Shown one piece after another: positions 58,185 through 64,000 of a stretch of DNA of 64,000 nt. Every line of letters starts with the position of its first letter. Within the stretch, counting starts at the first letter, position 1. Below the pieces are notes generated by a model. That model saw only the letters and a program-made list of their open reading frames with translations, searched no databases and had not been told where the DNA came from. The DNA comes from Halobacteriales archaeon (GTDB taxonomy: Archaea; Halobacteriota; Halobacteria; Halobacteriales; Hikarchaeaceae): assembly GCA_022450005.1 (NCBI GenBank), contig JAKURE010000001.1:24220-88219 (forward strand), given 5' to 3'. The translations under genes were made by a program, and so were the position numbers.

Positions 58185-58459
58185 GCTCAAGTAACTTCGA
58201 CGAACGAGTCGTCACGATCCCCCTGCGCGACGTAACTGCCGTTCCATCCTATAAACGTGCAGATAAAGCTATATCTCTAATCCGACAGCATCTAGCAAAA
58301 CATTTTAAGGTCTCCCTCGATGAAGTCAGACTCGACCCTTCGATCAACAAGATTGTCTGGGCACGTGGCCAAAAGCACCCCCCTCCCAATATACGCGTCC
58401 GTGCAGCTTTGTTTGAAGAAGATGGACTAAGTATAGTCGAGGCGGAATATGCAGCTTAG
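58181..58459 (+). CDS. rpl31e: 50S ribosomal protein L31e (eL31)
   Basis: [11 protein letters not shown]...[17 protein letters not shown]...[15 protein letters not shown] is the eL31 pattern. Confidence 0.9.
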   Translation: MSSSNFDERVVTIPLRDVTAVPSYKRADKAISLIRQHLAKHFKVSLDEVRLDPSINKIVWARGQKHPPPNIRVRAALFEEDGLSIVEAEYAA

Positions 58460-58461
58460 CC

Positions 58462-59130
58462 GTGTTTCAGACTAATATATCTAGTGCCTCTTGCGTAGGT
58501 GTGTTTCTCACAGTGACAGATGAATATCTTTTCATCATGCCAAACATAGATGAAGATCTAATAGATGGCCTTTGCTCCGAGTTAAGAGTCGATGCCATCG
58601 AAACAACAATAGGTGGATCTATCACAACAGGTGCACTTCTTTGTGGTAATAATTCTGGTCTTCTCACAAGTTCTCAGCTAACCGCATCCGAGCGGAAAAA
58701 CATAACTTCTGAAACAGATTTGCCTCTTGAAGAACTTCCTGGAGATATCAATGCTGTTGGAAATATTGTATTGGCAAACGACCAAGGGGCCTGTGCCCAT
58801 GGAAATCTGAGCGATAAAGCTGTGTCCACAATAGAACAGACCCTCGATGTCCCTGTAACTCGCTGTACCATTGCGGGAATTCCCACTGTAGGAACTGCGG
58901 CTGTGGCCACCAATAATGGTGTACTTTGTCCCCCTCTCACTTCTGACAGTGAACTCAACCAGTTACAAAAACACTTTGGAACTCCAGTCGATGTTGGATC
59001 TATCAATTATGGTGGCCCCTTGATTGGATCTGGCCTAGTTGCCAATATTCATGGATACGTTTCAGGGGGAAATACCACTGGACCTGAGCTAGGCCGAATT
59101 GAAGAAACACTTGGTTTTCTCTCAGATTAA
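58462..59130 (+). CDS. eif6: Translation initiation factor 6 (aIF6)
   Basis: Pentein-like repeats with the eIF6 pattern (NIGVF, GNIVLANDQGA, TVGTAAVATNNG). GTG start 3 nt after the rpl31e stop. Confidence 0.88.
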   Translation: MFQTNISSASCVGVFLTVTDEYLFIMPNIDEDLIDGLCSELRVDAIETTIGGSITTGALLCGNNSGLLTSSQLTASERKNITSETDLPLEELPGDINAVGNIVLANDQGACAHGNLSDKAVSTIEQTLDVPVTRCTIAGIPTVGTAAVATNNGVLCPPLTSDSELNQLQKHFGTPVDVGSINYGGPLIGSGLVANIHGYVSGGNTTGPELGRIEETLGFLSD

Positions 59131-59188
59131 TTGATCTAAGAAATTAATCATAAATATTTTACTACTCAAGGGCATATCCAACGCGAAT

Positions 59189-59578
59189 ATGTCTTTGGGC
59201 TCCGATATGTATCGACAGCAAATTCTAGACCATTATAAACACCCGCGTAATTATGGGAAGTTAGATGATCCAACATTCAGCCACACTGGCGAAAATATAT
59301 CTTGTGGGGATGAATATACATTCGATATCAAATTAGACGAAGAGAAAACCACTATCATCGCTATAGCATTCAGAGGGGAAGGATGTGCAATAAGCAAAGC
59401 TGCAGCTAGTATGCTTTCCGAAGTTGTCATAGGAAAAACAATTGATGAAATTTATGAAATGGATCGGGACGATATCCTAGAATTGTTGGGAGTGGAAGTA
59501 ACTCCCATGCGTATCAAATGTGCAGTATTGGCGGAGAAAATAATCCAAGATGGGGTGCGGTTATATAGGGCAGAATAG
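59189..59578 (+). CDS. sufU: SufU/IscU-like (NifU N-terminal family) Fe-S cluster assembly scaffold
   Basis: YRQQILDHYKHPRNYG, a conserved CGD, GCAIS, and RIKCAVLA. Confidence 0.88.
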   Translation: MSLGSDMYRQQILDHYKHPRNYGKLDDPTFSHTGENISCGDEYTFDIKLDEEKTTIIAIAFRGEGCAISKAAASMLSEVVIGKTIDEIYEMDRDDILELLGVEVTPMRIKCAVLAEKIIQDGVRLYRAE

Positions 59579-59584
59579 CATACC

Positions 59585-60595
59585 ATGTTCGAAAGTCTGA
59601 AGTCTTCTCTTAAACGTTTCAAAAAAGAAATAAAATCCACATTCGAGGATTCTCCTCCTGAACCTGATGTACTACCGGTAAGTGATACTAAAGAAGAAAC
59701 ATCATCCGAAACCATCAGTTTCAAAGATAAAGCTTCTTCTTTGGCACAAGGGAAGGCCATTTTTGATCAGAAAGGTCTCTCCTCCCCTCTCCACGACCTT
59801 GAGTTATCCCTCCTGTCCTCCGACGTAGAGATAGGTGTAGTAGACGTGATAATTGACGCGGTCCGAAACGATCTAGTTGGAACTACTCGAAAAATAACAA
59901 CGGGAATAGATAGCGTCGTGGAGGAAACTTTGAAAAAAGCACTACTTTCGGTGTTGGACGAAAGCACATTTGATTTTAAATCATTTTTATCTTCCAACTC
60001 TCCTCCTGTTGTGATAATTTTCATCGGTGTAAACGGGGTTGGGAAAACTACCACTTTAGCCAAATTTGCCCATTTTCTTGACTCTATGGGGTATTCCACC
60101 GTCTTAGCAAACGGAGATACCTATCGCGCGGGAGCAAATGAGCAACTAAATGTCCACTCAGAAGCCCTAGGAAAGAAACTCATTACACATCAACAGGGTG
60201 GGGATCCCACCGCAGTTCTTTATGACGCTGTAGAATATGCAAAAGCACATGGGATAGATGTAGTCTTATGCGATACTGCGGGGAGACTTCACACAAATAA
60301 AGACCTCATGTCCCAGTTAGAGAAAATCAATCGTGTAGTTTCTCCCGACCTAACTATTTTTGTCGACGAAGCAATAGCCGGTCAAGATGCCATCAATAGG
60401 GCACGAGATTTCAATGAAATGGCACCCATCAATGGAGTTATTTTAACAAAAACTGATGCAGATACTTCTGGAGGGGCAGCAATATCAATAGCCCATGCTA
60501 TCAAAAAACCAATACTTTTCCTTGGATCTGGCCAGGAATATGAAGATTTAGAGCCTTTCAATTCGATCACCTTTGTCGATAATTTACTGAATTAA
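59585..60595 (+). CDS. ftsY: Signal recognition particle receptor FtsY
   Basis: NG domain with GVNGVGKTTT, DTAGR, TKTD and GSGQEYEDL. Confidence 0.93.
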   Translation: MFESLKSSLKRFKKEIKSTFEDSPPEPDVLPVSDTKEETSSETISFKDKASSLAQGKAIFDQKGLSSPLHDLELSLLSSDVEIGVVDVIIDAVRNDLVGTTRKITTGIDSVVEETLKKALLSVLDESTFDFKSFLSSNSPPVVIIFIGVNGVGKTTTLAKFAHFLDSMGYSTVLANGDTYRAGANEQLNVHSEALGKKLITHQQGGDPTAVLYDAVEYAKAHGIDVVLCDTAGRLHTNKDLMSQLEKINRVVSPDLTIFVDEAIAGQDAINRARDFNEMAPINGVILTKTDADTSGGAAISIAHAIKKPILFLGSGQEYEDLEPFNSITFVDNLLN

Positions 60596-60671
60596 ATCTT
60601 CATATATATGAACATTCTTGTAATGGCGTTTTAGAGTAAATGATTTATTTTTCCCAACCCATCTATCTACC

Positions 60672-60905
60672 ATGACCACTCAATTCGAGGAGTTATTGTC
60701 CTTCCTGACACCTCGGCATGAAAATGCTGCTTTAAAAACATATCAAAATACCACTGCCATCGCCTGCCCCTCCTGCGACACACCTTTCCACAACCTCCTA
60801 ATTTGTAAAAAAGATCTGACTAGTCTCAACCTAGATGAGCCTATGAACCTTTGTATCACCACAACCCCTAGTGGGTCCCCCATGATTTTCACACACAAAC
60901 AATAA
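60672..60905 (+). CDS. Hypothetical small protein with a CPSC motif
   Basis: 77-aa ORF with its own TATA-like box (TTTATTT, centred ~25 nt upstream of the ATG). It contains CPSCDTPFHNLLIC...C. Confidence 0.4.
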   Translation: MTTQFEELLSFLTPRHENAALKTYQNTTAIACPSCDTPFHNLLICKKDLTSLNLDEPMNLCITTTPSGSPMIFTHKQ

Positions 60906-60970
60906 TCACGATTTTCCTGTATATTTTTCACACTGATAACGATTTAAAGTTCTGACATCTACCATTACTG

Positions 60971-62347
60971 ATGGTACTTGGCGATCTCGGAAATTCCCTA
61001 CGAGAATCTCTCGATAAACTTCGAGGAAAATCACGCATTTCTCAAGAAGAATTAAGTGAAGTTATCAAAGATATTCAAAGAGCTCTTCTAGGGGCAGATG
61101 TTGATGTCGAACTGGTCATGTCCCTTTCCAACTCTATTCGGGAACGGGCTAGTGACCAGGAGCCACCTCCTGGGGCATCTGCAAGCGACCACGTTCTCAA
61201 AATAGTATATGAAGAGCTTGTTAATCTAATCGGAGATAGCTCTGATATTCCACTTAATTCTCAAAAAATACTATTAGTTGGATTGCAAGGATCTGGAAAA
61301 ACGACAACCGCAGCAAAACTAGCCCGTTGGTTCTCCACAAAAGGACTTTCTTCTTCGATAATTCAAACAGATACATTCCGGCCTGGTGCATATGATCAAA
61401 CAAAACAAATGGCAGAAAAAGCCGAGGTACTATTCTATGGTGATTCTAGTTCTAAAGACCCATTCGAAATACTACAGTCTGGGATGGAAGCCACGCAACA
61501 CACTGATATTCAAATCATTGATACAGCAGGGAGACATGCCCTCGAAGATGATCTTATCACTGAGTTACAAAAAATAGACTCCATCGTCAAGCCCGATAGA
61601 TCCCTTCTAATACTTGATGCTGCTCTTGGCCAAGGGGCAAAAGACCAAGCAAAACTCTTCCACAAAGCAATAGGAATTGATGGTGTCATCATAACAAAAT
61701 TTGACGGCACTGCAAAAGGAGGAGGGGCACTCACGGCAATCCACGAAACAAATACTTCTATAGCTTTCATAGGCGCTGGAGAAACTGTCCAAGATCTAGA
61801 CCGATTCGAACCAAATGGATTCATCTCCCGATTACTCGGTATGGGTGATCTAAGACAACTTACAGAGAGACTCGAGCGCGCCATGCAAGAATTTGCAGAT
61901 GAAGACGATGATTGGGACCCCATGTCGCTGCTGAAAGGTCCATTTACCCTTCTCGATATGCGCCGACAAATGCGCGCCATGAATAAAATGGGCCCATTGG
62001 ACCAAATTCTTGATTTAATGCCTAGTCTTGGAAAGGGTTCTCTGAATAAAATCCCCGCCGATGCAGTTGATTCGACGAAAGATAAATTGGTAACCTATGA
62101 TATAATCATGAACTCCATGACTCCTTCTGAATTAAAAAATCCCCGCACCATAGGCGCTAGTAGAATAGAACGCATTTCTCGAGGCTCTGGTACAAGCGAA
62201 GACGAAGTTAGAGAGCTACTTTCTCAACATAGAAATATGGAAAAAGGAATCAAACAAATGCAAGGACTTGGACAAGGTGATTTAAAACGTCTCATGAAAC
62301 GGATGCAGAAAGGTGGGGGAATGGACAATCTAGATTTATTCAAATAA
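60971..62347 (+). CDS. srp54: Signal recognition particle protein SRP54
   Basis: [20 protein letters not shown], and a Met-rich M domain ([13 protein letters not shown]...). Confidence 0.95.
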   Translation: MVLGDLGNSLRESLDKLRGKSRISQEELSEVIKDIQRALLGADVDVELVMSLSNSIRERASDQEPPPGASASDHVLKIVYEELVNLIGDSSDIPLNSQKILLVGLQGSGKTTTAAKLARWFSTKGLSSSIIQTDTFRPGAYDQTKQMAEKAEVLFYGDSSSKDPFEILQSGMEATQHTDIQIIDTAGRHALEDDLITELQKIDSIVKPDRSLLILDAALGQGAKDQAKLFHKAIGIDGVIITKFDGTAKGGGALTAIHETNTSIAFIGAGETVQDLDRFEPNGFISRLLGMGDLRQLTERLERAMQEFADEDDDWDPMSLLKGPFTLLDMRRQMRAMNKMGPLDQILDLMPSLGKGSLNKIPADAVDSTKDKLVTYDIIMNSMTPSELKNPRTIGASRIERISRGSGTSEDEVRELLSQHRNMEKGIKQMQGLGQGDLKRLMKRMQKGGGMDNLDLFK

Positions 62348-62426
62348 TTCCATTTTCCCATCTAAATCGCAATACGGTGTCGTTTTAACACTCCCCACCT
62401 CTTCTTGGATAATATGTTAGAAGGAG

Positions 62427-63008
62427 ATGATCCACATGAACCTCCGGAAACTCACCACTCAAGCCTATCTTGAGGGCCTTCCTGCTCTCGTTCTAAGTAG
62501 TTTTGGTGGGATCATCGCAGGATTGATTCTTGGAGGTATGAAAACAGAGTTGCAGGCAATCCCTGGGCTACTAGTATTGATCCCTGCCCTTCTAGCGATA
62601 AGAGGGAATGTCTATGGGTCCCTTGGAGCCCGAATTTCAACAGGACTCCACCAGGGCCTCATAGAACCAAAAATTTCTTTTTCAGACCATAGAGTCAAAG
62701 CTGCAGTTTTTGCATCATTTATCAATGCGTTATTTGCAGCAGCGATTGGGGCAATTTTCGCCTACTTTTTACTTACTTTTCTATTCGAACCAGTTGCACC
62801 TCTAGGTGTTTTGCTTTCAATAGCATTGATAGCAGGAATATTCTCTGGAGTCGTGCTCATAACTGCTGTGATATCTGTTATTTTCACTGCCTACCGAAAT
62901 GGACTGAATCCTGATACTATTGTAGGACCTTTGGTTGCAACTATAGGTGATATCTTTGGACTCTCATTTCTGCTCCTCGCAGTCCGAATAATTATGGGGG
63001 GTGGATGA
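62427..63008 (+). CDS. MgtE-like divalent cation transporter, membrane domain only (copy 1)
   Basis: Five-TM MgtE/SLC41-type domain (IPALLAIRGNVYGSLGARIST, PDTIVGPLVATIGDIFG). Confidence 0.7.
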   Translation: MIHMNLRKLTTQAYLEGLPALVLSSFGGIIAGLILGGMKTELQAIPGLLVLIPALLAIRGNVYGSLGARISTGLHQGLIEPKISFSDHRVKAAVFASFINALFAAAIGAIFAYFLLTFLFEPVAPLGVLLSIALIAGIFSGVVLITAVISVIFTAYRNGLNPDTIVGPLVATIGDIFGLSFLLLAVRIIMGGG

Positions 63009-63561
63009 TGTGACCTGGTCTATGAGATCTATCACTAAAACAATGTTGCCCATTTTAGCAGTTCTTACTTCTATAGAGATTGCCATGGGACTAGTTTTAT
63101 CCTCTTTTGAGTCCACTCTCTTCCAATATCCTTCATTATTGGTTTTGGTCCCCGTTATCATAGGAACTGCCGGCAGCCTTGGTAGTACTCTCTCCGCCAG
63201 ACTTTCTACAGCATTTCATCTAGGGCTTTTAGAATTCAAATTTAGTAACTACCACTTGACTGGAAATATCCTCTCTACCATGGCCCTATCTATCACCATT
63301 TTCCCCCTCATTGGCGTGGTAACATGGGCAGTCTCAACCATAGTTTTTGAACCTCTATTGGGCTTATTCCAAATAGTTTTAATCACTACCTTCAGTGGCA
63401 TATTAATTTCTATTTTCACGGCCATAATTGCTTTACTTACAACTTACTCTTCATACCTACTCCGCCTAGATCCCGACGATGTTGTCATTCCCACCGTGAC
63501 CAACCTTTGCGACGTTTTCGGTATATTTGTACTTTTAACCGCTATATTTTTCTTAATATGA
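63001..63561 (+). CDS. MgtE-like divalent cation transporter, membrane domain only (copy 2)
   Basis: Paralogue of the upstream gene (VPVIIGTAGSLGSTLSARLST, PDDVVIPTVTNLCDVFG), overlapping it by 8 nt. Confidence 0.7.
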   Translation: MDDVTWSMRSITKTMLPILAVLTSIEIAMGLVLSSFESTLFQYPSLLVLVPVIIGTAGSLGSTLSARLSTAFHLGLLEFKFSNYHLTGNILSTMALSITIFPLIGVVTWAVSTIVFEPLLGLFQIVLITTFSGILISIFTAIIALLTTYSSYLLRLDPDDVVIPTVTNLCDVFGIFVLLTAIFFLI

Positions 63562-63563
63562 TT

Positions 63564-64000
63564 TCACCCAATCAACTTTGAAATCTCTAAATACAATTCT
63601 TCAATCGTTCCTATATTCTCTATTCCCATCTCTGCACTCTCCATCGCATCCCCTAGGCCAAATCCCAATTCCCTATCGTCTCTTTGTCCCAGCGTTTCTA
63701 CTTCTGGATTATCTCTCCCCCGTTCTCCAATCCTCTTCAGACGCAATTCAAAAGGAGATTCGATTTTCAATAGTTTGAATTTTTTTCCAAATTCTTTTCT
63801 AAATGCTTTCACTTCATCCCCCGATCTTATCCCATCTATCACCACTCCATTTCCTTTTTCTATCGCCCCCTGCACCAGAGGAATAGTCAACTTAGCTATC
63901 GCATCCCTCCCTAACTCTTCCCGAAGTTTCTTTGCAATTTCCCCATGGTGATCTGCTGGTTCCAATCCTCTCTCCAAACATTCTCTTCGAATAACGTCGC
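63564..64000 (-). CDS. UPF0200-type nucleotide kinase-like protein (dephospho-CoA-kinase-related); N-terminus outside the window
   Basis: VIDGIRSGDEVKAFRKEF...RLKRIGERGRDN...RDDRELGFGLG matches the archaeal UPF0200 pattern. The reading frame stays open to position 64000, and the P-loop is expected beyond the window. Confidence 0.55.
   Translation of the reverse strand, partial: DVIRRECLERGLEPADHHGEIAKKLREELGRDAIAKLTIPLVQGAIEKGNGVVIDGIRSGDEVKAFRKEFGKKFKLLKIESPFELRLKRIGERGRDNPEVETLGQRDDRELGFGLGDAMESAEMGIENIGTIEELYLEISKLIG

Noticed and set aside
1-64000. Scanned for CRISPR arrays, IS elements or transposases, toxin-antitoxin pairs, restriction-modification or other defence genes, and inteins in RadA, RtcB, PriS and Cdc48.
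   Set aside because: No regularly spaced repeats, no transposase- or integrase-like ORFs, and no nuclease/methylase pairs. The four intein-prone genes have normal uninterrupted lengths and motifs.

Overview
This window is a dense segment of archaeal chromosome, almost all housekeeping genes. G+C is roughly 40-43% by eye (not computed). I call about 70 protein genes and 2 tRNAs. Two of the genes are small ribosomal protein genes (eL37, eL39) that fall below the ORF-track length cutoff.

Lineage: several features point to a euryarchaeon related to the Halobacteria-type lineages, but with unusually low GC. These are a TBP and eL39 very close to haloarchaeal sequences as I recall them, an Rpa/Rpap pair, an AbrB-PhoU regulator next to pstSCAB-phoU, Cdc48, twin-arginine plus lipobox signals on both solute-binding proteins, and moderately acidic proteins. 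The exact taxon cannot be determined from this window.

Functional themes:
- DNA replication and repair: rpa/rpap, GINS, priS, mutY-like, radB, radA, a RecJ-like nuclease.
- Translation and RNA quality control: rtcB plus archease, pelota, NFACT/RqcH, NMD3, eIF6, Elp3, Trm5, SRP54/FtsY, eL31/eL37/eL39/LX.
- C1 and central metabolism: glyA, folD, icd, panB, hisD.
- Transport: phosphate Pst, tungstate/molybdate Wtp plus a ModE-like regulator, MgtE-like proteins, EamA, AI-2E.

Many genes have a TATA-like box about 25-31 nt upstream of the ATG and no Shine-Dalgarno sequence, which suggests leaderless transcripts.

I see no CRISPR array, IS element, integrase, toxin-antitoxin pair or recognisable defence gene, and no convincing novel multi-gene system. 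The best second-look candidates are modest:
- a CTP-type riboflavin kinase fused to a HAD phosphatase;
- an OCD-like, ferritin-like di-iron and 75-aa ORF module;
- an unusually long hisD/OCD intergenic region with a GC-rich island (possible structured RNA);
- a perfect 10-bp inverted repeat in the divergent pst control region.
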